Shown piece by piece: positions 23,581-33,600 of a stretch of 64,000 nucleotides of DNA (its first letter is position 1; each line of letters begins with the position of its first letter). Under the pieces are notes generated by a model that was not told the origin of the DNA, did no database searches, and was given only the letters and a program-made list of their open reading frames with translations. Both the position numbers and the translations under genes were made by a program. Origin of the DNA: Octopus bimaculoides (Eukaryota); the NCBI RefSeq assembly GCF_001194135.2, contig NC_069003.1, forward strand, positions 17,443,937-17,507,936, given 5' to 3'.

Positions 23581-26218
23581 TTTTATGTCAACTTGCATGT
23601 CTTTATATCTGTGTTTCTCAACCCCTACCACTTGACAGTCAGTGTTATTCGTTTATGTTCCTGTAACTAAATGGTTGGACAAAAGAGACAGGTAGAATAA
23701 GTAATGGACTTAAAAAAAGCAAAAAAAACAAGTACTTAAAACATTTCAAGATGCTGCTCCAGAATAACTGCAGTTCAATGATTGAAACAAGTAAAAGATA
23801 TAACTTACTCTATCACAACAGAAAAATGTTGAGTCTCATCTTCTGTATATAATATAGACACCAAGTCGTCTTTATGGTTTTCCACGGCATAGAGAGACAG
23901 CGTCTCTGAAAGTTTAAAGACAAAAGTATAGCAAGTCAATATTTCTGCAGTTCTTCCATGAAATATAATTGAAATGGTTAAACATTAATATGGCTTTGCC
24001 TACAGAGTTTTTTCCCCTGTCAAATGTTAAATGCATTAAGTTACGCCTAAGTATTGAATTGAAGTTTTGCTGTATTTATTTTGCCTTTCACTTCTCTAAC
24101 GTCAATAAAATACATAGAGTGAGAGAGGCATGGCAAGAAGTTCACTGCCCAACCACATGGTTCAGGTTTAGTCCCACTATAGCGATAAAGGCAAGTATTT
24201 TCTACTATTGCCCTGGGTTAACCAAAACTTTGTGAGTGGATTTGGTAGACGGAAACTGAGAGAAGCCCATAAGTGGAAGGAGATACAGAAAGTGGATAAT
24301 TGGGACAGGAGAGTGTGAAAATGGTCAGTATGTGTGCGTAGACATAAAGTAGATTTGATCCTAGATAGCCAAATTTAAATTAACACTTCAAGAGCACTTT
24401 TCTCACAGTAAAACAATAGTTTTTCTGTGACAGCAGTTTATATTTGCCAGATGCCTTAGCTAAGCAAAATAATGTCTTTGTCACTTAACCCTTCTAACCT
24501 CTTACAAGCCACCAAAAGCTAGAATTAAGATAACAAGTACCACCAAAGAAATCCATTGTTCTGATCGATATGTCTATCCTTTTGGATAGTTATAAAAGCA
24601 AGAACCCCCCCCCCCCNNNNNNNNNNNNTTAGAGAGAGCGACCATCATTTAGTGAACGGACCACTAGAATCATGGCCACAAGCAGGCAGCCACTAAAGAC
24701 AAATAGCCAGAGGGAAAAAGAAAGGCATTCCTTCGATATAATTCGACAAACTCAACATTTGACTTCGGGTATTTCCGTGACAGTTGCTGAAATGGGAGGG
24801 GGAGAAGAAAGCTAATGGGTTGTGTGTGCGTGCTTGTTCTTGTCTGTGTGTTTGTGTGCGTGCTTGTTCCTATCTGTGTAAACTTCGATTCTGTTTGGAA
24901 ATTTGCGGATTTTACATAGACACATGAAGCAGGTAAGAACAAATATGCGAGGCTTTTTTTTCTTCAAGTTTAAAATGAGATATTGTTGGCATAATTTCGT
25001 TATATCTATATTCCACAACACATAAATACATAAAAACAGAACAGGCACACACACAGACAAGAACAAGCAACTGTCACGGAAATACCCGAAGTCAAATATT
25101 GAGTTTGTCGAGTTATATCGAAGGAATGCCAAAAGAAAGTTACCATCAGCGACTATGCGAGACAACTTCCCTCGACTCTTATTATCACGAGCTCAGCTCA
25201 CTTTCTTCTCAGAGCTTTATCTCTATCTGTGGATTACTACTAAGAGAACGTGTACACAAACTATACAAGGAAAATCTACATCTATCTTTACTTCGCATGC
25301 TTTTCTATTTACTAATTATACATACCAACCCGTCATGGTTTTGGATTTTTTTACAGTGTAACGGTAAATAAATATTTTCTTCACAACTTCAATCACTGTT
25401 CTTTTATCTTTACATAATGGCAATCAACGAAGAACCAATCCTTACAAACTGAATACGACTCCGATGTTCCATACTATTGTTTACAAATTAAATTCCAACT
25501 GTTGCAAAAAAATAAACAAACTATTACATGTGTGTTTATGTTGGTCATCTGTGTGTATGTGTGGGGTAGGATCTGTGTACATGTGCTAGTGTTTGTGTTG
25601 ACGTGGCTGTGAGAGGTCAACAGCAGCCGTGAAAGGTGTGAACGGGTGGGTGTGGCTGTTTGCATGTGTGTGTAGACAGAATGGAGAAGTGTGTGTGTGT
25701 ACGTGCATATGGGTGCGTGTCTCTCACTCTGTATCACTTTTTCTCTCTCTCTAGATATGTGTGTGCCTGTGGGTATGTATATCTCTGTGCATGTATGTGT
25801 AAGGGCGGATGCGTGTGTGCGCGCGCGCGGATTTGGGTTTATGTATGTGTGTATGCAGGTGTGATGGGGTGTCTGTATCTATGAGAATGTGTGCATGCGG
25901 CGAAAGTAAATACGTACACCCGGTGTTTAGGGTTAAGAGTTAGGGTTTTTGCTACGCCGAAAACGGGTGGTGAACGTATTCCTTACCTCCGCCCAAATTA
26001 ACAACAATAAAAATTTAAAACACAACCCAAAACACTGGGTGTACGTATTCTTTACTTTCGCCTACTCCCACCCTACCAAATAAATGGCCTTGTGCAAATA
26101 AGCCATTTATTTTTCAGATAGTATGAATGTTATCACAACATTTCCAATAAATTTTATAAAGAAATTATTAATTACCTTTCAACTGTGTCCGGTCAAACTG
26201 AGCCACTTCGTCAGCCAT
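1532..26218 (-). CDS. MCM9: DNA helicase MCM9, 5' part (exons 1-8; gene continues beyond the left edge)
   Basis: join(26176-26218,23809-23905,18845-18986,14083-14194,8989-9077,8278-8368,2958-3111,1532-1661) = 858 nt. All introns are GT-AG and phases are consistent. The product has MCM9-type motifs: [35 protein letters not shown]-x2-C...C-x4-C zinc finger, [44 protein letters not shown]. The AAA+ domain is outside the window. Confidence 0.95.
1985..2480 (+). repeat. Head-to-tail cluster of tRNA-derived SINEs
   Basis: A/B-box-like heads plus the central gtcaactttgcctttcatcctttc.gggtcaataaaataagtacc domain (Meta/Sauria-type from memory). Confidence 0.75.
2958..3111 (-). CDS. MCM9: MCM9 exon 7 ([20 protein letters not shown]...[11 protein letters not shown])
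   Basis: ttgttgtag acceptor, GTAGGT donor; strongly MCM-specific motifs. Confidence 0.97.
3824..4697. mobile_element. Foldback DNA element inserted into a SINE
   Basis: Long imperfect TIRs beginning GGATCTTTGTGG; decayed 8-bp TSD gtgtcttt/gtatcttc; SINE halves at 3740-3823 and 4698-4760. Confidence 0.75.
5030..7280 (-). mobile_element. RTE-clade LINE, 5'-truncated and decayed
   Basis: RT motifs ([30 protein letters not shown]) and C-terminal [18 protein letters not shown]; (GAT)n tail. Confidence 0.9.
8278..8368 (-). CDS. MCM9: MCM9 exon 6 ([30 protein letters not shown])
   Basis: ttgtag acceptor, GTAAGT donor; second Cys pair; phases fit exons 5 and 7. Confidence 0.9.
8989..9077 (-). CDS. 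MCM9: MCM9 exon 5 ([30 protein letters not shown])
   Basis: tctctttctttctaag acceptor (AAG type), GTCAGT donor; first CxxC of the zinc finger. Confidence 0.93.
9110..9300 (+). mobile_element. CR1/L2 LINE 3' terminal fragment
   Basis: [13 protein letters not shown]...[17 protein letters not shown] motif. Confidence 0.7.
10451..10649. mobile_element. Mariner-type MITE
   Basis: gggttggtgcataattattgcggcttttt versus aaaaacagctgcaataattatgcact; Hsmar1/MADE1-like TIR. Confidence 0.75.
10650..13240 (-). mobile_element. CR1-group LINE: ORF1 remnant, APE and RT; 3' end lost
   Basis: IALMETHL (APE), [51 protein letters not shown]; sense to MCM9 within intron 4. Confidence 0.9.
14083..14194 (-). CDS. 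MCM9: MCM9 exon 4 ([37 protein letters not shown])
   Basis: ttacag acceptor, GTCAGT donor; LPVCPEL motif. Confidence 0.95.
14460..14945 (-). mobile_element. Penelope-like element fragment carrying the hammerhead
   Basis: Shares sequence on both sides of the ribozyme with 27730-27990; the hammerhead/PLE association is established; no ORF recovered. Confidence 0.5.
14724..14777 (-). ncRNA. Type I hammerhead ribozyme motif with one stem III mismatch
   Basis: Minus strand reads ACAUU-CUGAAGA-gauc ugccaau caa auuggca aauc-GAAA-ggauc-GUA-AAUGU. Confidence 0.75.
14949..15520 (+). mobile_element. Helitron/Helentron-like element 5' part
   Basis: TACTAGCAG start with acccg-N8-cgggt subterminal hairpin; 3' end not defined. 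Confidence 0.5.
15530..15691. mobile_element. 162-bp MITE with telomere-like core (Merlin/MULE-like ends)
   Basis: Perfect 31-bp TIR GGTAATTTTTCAGATTAACACCCGCACGATT; perfect 8-bp TSD CACATTTC; degenerate (TAACCC)n interior. Confidence 0.85.
16851..17773 (+). mobile_element. Young 5'-truncated RTE LINE spanning a gap
   Basis: YLGDQ...[11 protein letters not shown]...SETWAV to the gap, then the family tail and (GAT)n. Confidence 0.85.
18845..18986 (-). CDS. MCM9: MCM9 exon 3 ([30 protein letters not shown]...HKRM)
   Basis: ctctttctttacag acceptor, GTAAGT donor, 142 nt; TLFET and FD.AL motifs. Confidence 0.93.
19797..21830 (+). mobile_element. Older RTE copy (19797-20043 + 21376-21830) split by a younger minus-strand RTE (20045-21375)
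   Basis: The coding remnant resumes across the insert (LREKLG / [12 protein letters not shown]); short (t)aggt duplication at both junctions. Confidence 0.75.
23809..23905 (-). CDS. MCM9: MCM9 exon 2 ([33 protein letters not shown])
   Basis: ttttgtctttaaactttcag acceptor, GTAAGT donor; resembles vertebrate [24 protein letters not shown]. Confidence 0.92.
24724..25130. mobile_element. 407-bp MITE in MCM9 intron 1
   Basis: 65-bp TIR beginning GGCATTCC with 2 mismatches; perfect 8-bp TSD AAAAGAAA. Confidence 0.85.
25899..26062. mobile_element. 164-bp MITE with TTAGGG-like stretch, 114 bp from MCM9 exon 1 donor
   Basis: ggcgaaagtaaa-tacgtacacccggtgttt versus aaacactgggtgtacgtattctttactttcgcc; no TSD seen. 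Confidence 0.7.
26176..26218 (-). CDS. MCM9: MCM9 exon 1 ([14 protein letters not shown]+G)
   Basis: ATG at 26218-26216; GTAATT donor; phase 1 fits exon 2. Little sequence conservation, so assigned by phase and position. Confidence 0.75.
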
Positions 26219-26525
26219 CCTGCAACAACGTGTTGTTTAATTTCCGCGCCACACTCACCAAGTCTTTAATTATGTCACATTTTCGAACACTAGAAAACTG
26301 CCCGGATGAAATTCAATATTATTTCTTATAGAACAAAAAAGACAATCTATTATTATTATTGTTGTTGTTATTTAACTAAAATTGTAAATTACGAAACAAG
26401 AAAAAAACTAAGAATCTAATTCGCGTTGAGTATGATTCGTATCGACGTCTTGGAATAAGAAGCTAGGCTCCAAGGTTAAATTGCGTGTAACTCCAAGCTT
26501 CTTGAGACCAGCGTCAGTGACAACT
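26219..26525. promoter_or_regulatory. Putative bidirectional promoter plus 5' UTRs of MCM9 and ISCU
   Basis: 307 bp between divergent ATGs; locally richer in CpG than the rest of the window; no recognisable repeat inside. Confidence 0.75.
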
Positions 26526-26609
26526 ATGGCCCTGCTTCGTAACGTTGCTTATTCCCTCAGGTCATTGACTGAATCAAAGAATATTGTTGTGGCTTTATAT
26601 CACAAAAAT
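26526..26609 (+). CDS. ISCU: ISCU exon 1 (presequence-like N-terminus to LYHKN)
   Basis: ATG at 26526, 28 codons, GTAAGC donor. Confidence 0.93.
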
Positions 26610-27557
26610 GTAAGCTAATGTCTATTATTATTACCTTAACGTATCTCAATGTTTTGAAGAACTGAAAAACACGGAACGTTCTAAGTTTTGTTTCGCTTTG
26701 GACGAATACTTCCTGTCTTAATTTTAGATCTTAATGTTTATCTTTAAATATTTGTTATTCCGTCTACTTCGTCTCCATAATTACATGTAAAGAAAAACTA
26801 AACCAGTAATGGTCTGCATCGCCTATAAAAACCAACACTAACACTTCGTAAAGCCAGATAAGTTCGTGTTTCATGGAAAGTGAGATCTTATCTGCCCCTC
26901 CGGCTCTCGACCTTATATAAGTTAAGTCTCCGAAAACAGCTTACACGCCGAGACGTCATCTTGCTTTATTCCTTAACATTTTTTAAATGAAAGTATTACA
27001 TAATACCCCTAGTTATTTTACGTTGTCATTATAGATGAGAGCTGAAATATAATGTAGTTTGGATCCTTCAGATATTTTTGCTGTTCGTTCATTTAACTAA
27101 TGCGCATATATTGCATATCATCGACCAACATTAATTTGTCTCATTCAAACAGTTAATTCTGGAACACCCTGTATGGTGTGGCGTTGTTAGTTCCGTTGCT
27201 CGAGTAAAAATTAGAATCAAAGGTCTTCTCGCCGTAAACATCCCATCTTTTTGTAAAGCGTATTGTATCAAGCAATATATTATCTAAAATATATCCTTTA
27301 TAGACGTGGCTGTGTGGTTGAGAAGCTTGCTTTCCAACCATATCGCCTTCGGTTCGATGCCACTGTGCGGTACGTTGGACCGCATTGCAGTACCGTGTCA
27401 ACCAAAGCCCTCGGTATTATATAATTGCCGTTACTGTGTTGATGTATAAGATAACACATACGACTTACTTATATAATAAACAAACATAAGTTCGTGTATG
27501 AAATTCGTGTCTTTTCCACTGCAATTATTACGTGTTTTCTTTTCACACTTACAGAAG

Positions 27558-27654
<97 letters not shown>

Positions 27655-30600
27655 CTTGGAGAATGGAGCAACAAATACAAGAAAAAGCATTTTCATTGGA
27701 CTAGATAGCGGTTGTTTTATTATGTGGAGCTTGTGAAATGAGTCAGTGTGGAGGTTTAGGTTATGTAATGAGTCATTTTGTACATTATGTCTTTAGTCAC
27801 TTACGTACGTTTCGATGCAGCCAGTAGTTTGGCCGATCTCTTCAGAGTGTTGAAGGGTATATTCGAAGTTTGTGGTGTGCGAAATGGAGGAGAAGTAATT
27901 ATTGTGGTGGTGTGATAGTGGTGATAGGTAAATAGAGCCTTACGTTTTAGTTGTTGCGTTGGTCTTCTTGTAAGGGGATAACTTTCGATGTCGCTCCCGA
28001 GAAAGAGTAAAAGTAATTACTCGATCCATGACGGGTATTGCTGCTAGTATATCTATATATATTTGTAGATATCTATCTATCAATATATATATACACACAC
28101 ACACATATATATATATAATTTAAAAATGCCGATTTTTACCAATTTTTTTGGCAGATTCGTATTTTCCGTAGCCGAAAACGGGGGCGGGGTTGTGTATAAA
28201 TATAAAAAATAATAAATGAAAAAAAAGGGGGGGTTTTACAAAAGGAAGTCTTGCCAAGTATATATATCATCATCATCATCGTTTAACGTTCGCTTTCCAT
28301 GCTGGCATGAGTTGGACGGTTTGACTGGGGACTGGTGAGCCAGATGACTGCACCAGGCTCCAATCTGATCTGGCAAAGTTTCTACAGCTGGATGCCTTTC
28401 CTAACGCCAACCACTCCGAGAGTGTAGTGGGTGTTTTTATGTGCCACCGGCACAGGCCACTCAGGCGGTACTGTTCAACGGCCACACTCAAATGATGTTT
28501 TTACGTGCCACCTGCACAGGAGCCAGTCCAGCGGCACTGGCAACGCCCTCGCTCGAATGTTGTTTTCCACGTACCGCCAGCACAAGTGCCAGTAATGCGG
28601 AGCTGGTAACGATCACGCTTGAATGGTGCTTTATACGTGCCACCGGCATGGAGGCCTTTCAGCAGTCCTGGCAACTATCACGCTTGGATGGTGCTCTGAC
28701 ATTACACACCCAGCGGAGCACACTAGCTTTGTTCCTTGCAAGCTTATGCACCTCCTCAGCAGTCACAGCCCATGTTTCAGTGCCATGTAGCATGGCTCTT
28801 CGTACACATGCGTCATACAGTCTGCCTTTTACTCTAAGCAAGAGGCCCTTTGTCACCAGCAGAGGTAAGAGCTCTCTAAACTTTGCCCAGGCTATTCTTA
28901 TTCTAGCAGCTACACTTTCAGAGCACCCACCCCACTACTAACTTGGTCACCTAGGTAACGGAAGCTATCAACTACTTCTGGTTTTTCTCCCTGGAATGTA
29001 GCAGAAGTTGTTCTCTGCACATTTTCAGTGTTTATTGCTCCTGAGTATCTGCCACATACAAAAACTATTTTGCTAGTTAGCCTTCCTTTGATATTGCTGC
29101 ACCTCTTATGTGTCCATAGCTTACACTGAGTACATCTTATAGAGTTTCTACCTACGCCTTTTCTACAGATCGAGCAGGGCCATCTATCTGAAGGGGTTTG
29201 TGGTTTGTCTGCCTTTCTACTTATTAGGACTTTGGTTTTAGCTAGGTTGACTCTAAGGCCCTTCGATTCTAATCCTTATTTCCACACCTGAAACTTCTCT
29301 AGTTCTGATAGTGAGTCAGCAATTAGAGCAAGGTCATCAGCATAGAGGAGCTCCCAAGGGCATCCTGTCTTGAATTCTTGTGTTATTGCCTGGAGGACTA
29401 TGATAAATAGGAGCGGGCTGAGGACGGAACATTCTTCACTTGTTGCCAACCCATACCTTACTGACAGCGTCCCTGTACATGGCTCACACAGCTCTCACTA
29501 AGCACTCATCTATCCTTAGTTTCCTCATTAACCACCAGATAAGGGAATGGGGGACCCTGTCAAAGGTTTTCTCCATGTCAACGAAAGCCAGGTACAGAGG
29601 TATATCTTTGGCTAGGTATTTCTCCTGCAGCTGTCTTGCCAGAAATATAGCATCAGTGGTGCTTTTCCCTGGCATGAACCCAAACTGCATCTCATCTAAA
29701 CTGACTCTCTCCCTAATTAGTTGGGCTATGACCCTCTCTGTGACCTTCATTACCTGATCCAACAACTTGATATCTCTGTAATTATTTGTATCTAAAGCAT
29801 CACCTTTACCTTTGTAGCAGTTGTCTATGGTGCTGCTACACTCGTCGATTGTACTAACGATTAACACCTTAGTATTATAATAACTATAGCTGTTGGCGTT
29901 ATTACCACCTCATCAGACAGTAACAGTTACAAACCACAGTGATAAATTTTGTTGATAAATAAATCAATTTTCAGATATGTACTTGCCAGACAAGTGATTT
30001 GGTTTCAGATTGTCTTGAGAGTAAAGCATTTACATGTGTAGCCATTCAAAAACTCACAAAAAGAACCGTTGGCTTAAACATTTTTTATTTGGTGTCAAAA
30101 CATTTGTCACACTCTACAACCTATTCACACAGTTCTGCTGTAAATTATTTGTCATTAATCTCTATTTTATTTTTATTTATTAATTTCAATGATTAGGTGA
30201 TTGATCATTTTGAAAATCCCCGTAATGTTGGTTCACTTGATAAGAATGATAATAACACAGGTACAGGACTTGTTGGGGCCCCTGCTTGTGGGGATGTCAT
30301 GAAATTACAGGTAAGTCTAGACTGAGTTGTTTCCCTTTGTTTTTATAATTTTTTTTCTTCTCCTTTTTATTTATTTCAATCATTGTACTGCTGCCATGTG
30401 TGACACTGCCTTGAAGGGTTTTGATTGAACGAATTGACCACAACACTTATCCTTTTAAGTCTAGTCTCTACTTGTTGAATTACGAGAACGTAAACAACCC
30501 AACACCTGTTGTCAGACCGTGATGGGCAACAGACACAAAGATACACACATAATGAGTTCCCATACAGTTTCTATTTACCAAATTTGCACACGCAGCTTTG

Positions 30601-33600
30601 GTCAGCCTTGGGTTATATTGTAGGAAACACTCACTCAAAGTGCTACACAATTGGACCGAACCTCAAACCACATAGTAACAAACCAAGCTTCTTAATCACA
30701 CAACCATGTCTGTGCCTATATAATGAAACAAAATGGTTCCATGAGCATATGGGTATTTGCTGTACAAGAGGTTTTATGAAGGACATATGTGCCATTATAT
30801 AAGACATTGTATGTGGCATTTTGAACCTTGTTTTGCTTTTCAGTCTCAAAATTTATGCTTTTAATATCTAATAACACTTATGGTGAAAACCTTAGGGATG
30901 AAGTCATTCAAGCAAGGTTTTATATTGTTTCTTAAATTTATGTCACCAAAAATGTAGTTGTCCTTTTCTTCCTTTTTGTAATATTGCTTGCAGATTAGCA
31001 GAATATTATTTTAGCTAATAGCCACTGAAGCAGCTTTTGTAATGAATGTTAATTAACACACCCAACTTAATTTGGATGTGATGTTTATAAGGCATACCTC
31101 CACATGTGTGCCTTGGTTTTTGTTGCCTCATAACTTACTGAAAAATAGATATTTTTCTATGAAATTTTCTACGAATATACTTAAGATAGTGTAGATTCTA
31201 ATAATATCAAAATTTATTGAAAAAATTTCTCTGAGTGTGAGATGAGGTGTTTTGGAAAGTCCACACAAGTCAGCTTTGTTTCCTCATAACTTTCGGGAAA
31301 ATGGTTATTTTTTAATAAAATTTTCAACAAATACCATTCACGGTATATAAATTACGATTATATTGTTAATAGAAAGAAAATTGGTAAGTATAACACTCAC
31401 ATGCTGACATAAATCAGTTTCTTTACAAAATTTCAAGTTTCATTTTGTAGATATATATGATGTGTCAATATGTATGTGTACGAGCCCACCAATTTCAAAA
31501 GGTGTTTGTAGAAAATTTCATTAAAACATACCTACTTTTCTGAAAGTTACGAGGAAACAGTCATGTGGGAAGGAGGCACATGTGGAGGTAAACCGTTTAT
31601 AATGCATTAGGCTGCTGTAAACATTGCGAAAAATCATTTCATGCTGACGGCAAATGCTATGAAGCATCAAAATTCTATTATCAGTTGAAATTTTCTTTGT
31701 ACACTGGCAGATGGCTCTACTGTATTATGTATACTGACGGAATTTCGTCAACAGATAATAGAATACCTTTGCTTTTAGCATTTATCATCAGGGGTTGCTA
31801 AACTTTTTCGACCATTAACCTCCTTTAGCCACTTCCCCTTCCGCATCAACCACCCTCCTCATTTCAAATATCTTAATACCCTACACTACCGTACCATATC
31901 TTATTGAAGATGACACATTTTTTACATTTAAAACTACGTGTATGAGTATACAGTATTAAATGAAGTTGTTTTCATGGTTAGAAAATGTGAAAAACGCATC
32001 ATATTGCTGGAATATCTTTTATTGAAATTGACAACATCAATGTGAAAGATGAGCATGGTGCTGACTAAGTATTTCAAGCAGTTCATCTGGGATGTCCCCT
32101 TTGGCAACCCCTGGTCTTCATGGCATGACTTTTCAGGACGTCTACAGCAGTCTTTAGGCATTATTAGCCACGTATCAAAGTTGTATTGGATGTGCTAATT
32201 AATAAAAATGTTAACTGCCATAATTATGTGTAATACGAAGTAGCTATGTGTTTCCTCTACAGCAAGATACCTGTTCCTGTCACTCTATCATACTTTTAGT
32301 CTCTCAACACCTAGCTTTAAGGTTTCTATTTCTTTATCTTGCAAGTTTCATGGCAACTTCACTACTTCTGATGCCAAGAAAAAATCGCTCAATACACTTT
32401 ATAAAGTGGTTGTTCTTAGGAAGGATATCCAACCATCGAAACCATGCCAAAGCAGATTAAAGAGCACCTTGCAACCGTCCAAGCTTGTCAGAGCCAGCAT
32501 GGAAGACGTGTTAAAGTATGATAATGATGTCAAATTAGTCTGGGGAAAAACCCATTTTTGTTTAAATATTTGTTTTTTTTTAATTATTCCTCTTGTTATA
32601 ATATTTTCTCTCCAGATTAAAGTTGATGATAATGGGAAAATAATCGATGCTAAATTTAAAACTTTTGGTTGCGGCTCAGCCATTGCCTCCAGTTCCCTCG
32701 CAACTGAATGGGTGAAAGGTAAATCGGTGAGTACCCACACATTTTCTCTGCTAACAACGTTGAAGTATTTCCTTTTCCTCTTAATTTTTTTATTAGGTGG
32801 GCTACCGCTTTCAAAGGTTTCAGTGGTTTGTCTTGTACTTCTTTCCATTGACTTCAAGTAAAGGAAAAGGCAGTTGACTCGAGTATAAAGGATGGGGGGG
32901 GGGGCATACCAAAATCTCAAGGGAGGTAATCGGCGCAATTCTGCCAGTTTTATGTTCAAACTGACCAGACCCGGCCTCTCACACCTGCCCTACGATGTCA
33001 TTCTAAGAATAAACAATCAAATCATCAAAATTTCAAATCTATGAGATAATGCATGATTAATCTAAGATAATATGAATAAACATTACATTTGACAGTAATC
33101 TGAATCCTAAAAGGTTAAATTAGTATCCCTGCATGTTAAAAGAGGCAACAAAATAGTTCAAATCCTGCTAAGTCAACTCTGCAGTCAGTAAAAATAACGT
33201 ACCAGCTAAGTTTGGTATGTGGGGAGTTGGGGCAATGAATGCAATATGTCTTCTGCCTTTTTACATTTTGCCCAGCATGCTAATGATTCTGCCAGCTCAC
33301 CACTAACAATAGGTCAGTGTTGCCTTTCATCCTTTTTGGATCAATAAAATAAAGTATGAGTCAAGTACTGGGGTCAGTAATATCAACTAACCCCTTCTCA
33401 AAATTGCTGGCCATGTGCTTAATGAAATCACTATTAGGTGGTGGGCAGGCAGAATTTTTAACATGTTGGGTAAAATGCTTAGCAGCATCTTTTCTGTCTT
33501 TATATTCTGAGTTCAAATTCCACTGAGATCAACTTTGCCATTCATCCTTTCAGGGGTGGATAAGATGAAGCACCAGTTGAGCACTGAGGTTGATGTAGTC

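Noticed and set aside
26176-26218. [14 protein letters not shown] as a beta-thymosin/WH2 peptide
   Set aside because: It splices in phase into clear MCM9 exons and lacks the LKKTET continuation.
26241-26250. TTTCCGCGCC as an E2F site
   Set aside because: Only a near match to TTTSSCGC; unsupported without conservation data.
26220-26258. 39-nt GT-AG mini-intron in the MCM9 5' UTR
   Set aside because: Too short for a typical metazoan intron; no transcript evidence.
26510-26525. CAGTGA just upstream of the ISCU ATG as an iron-responsive element
   Set aside because: The flanks (agcgt / caact) do not form the required 5-bp upper stem with a bulged C.
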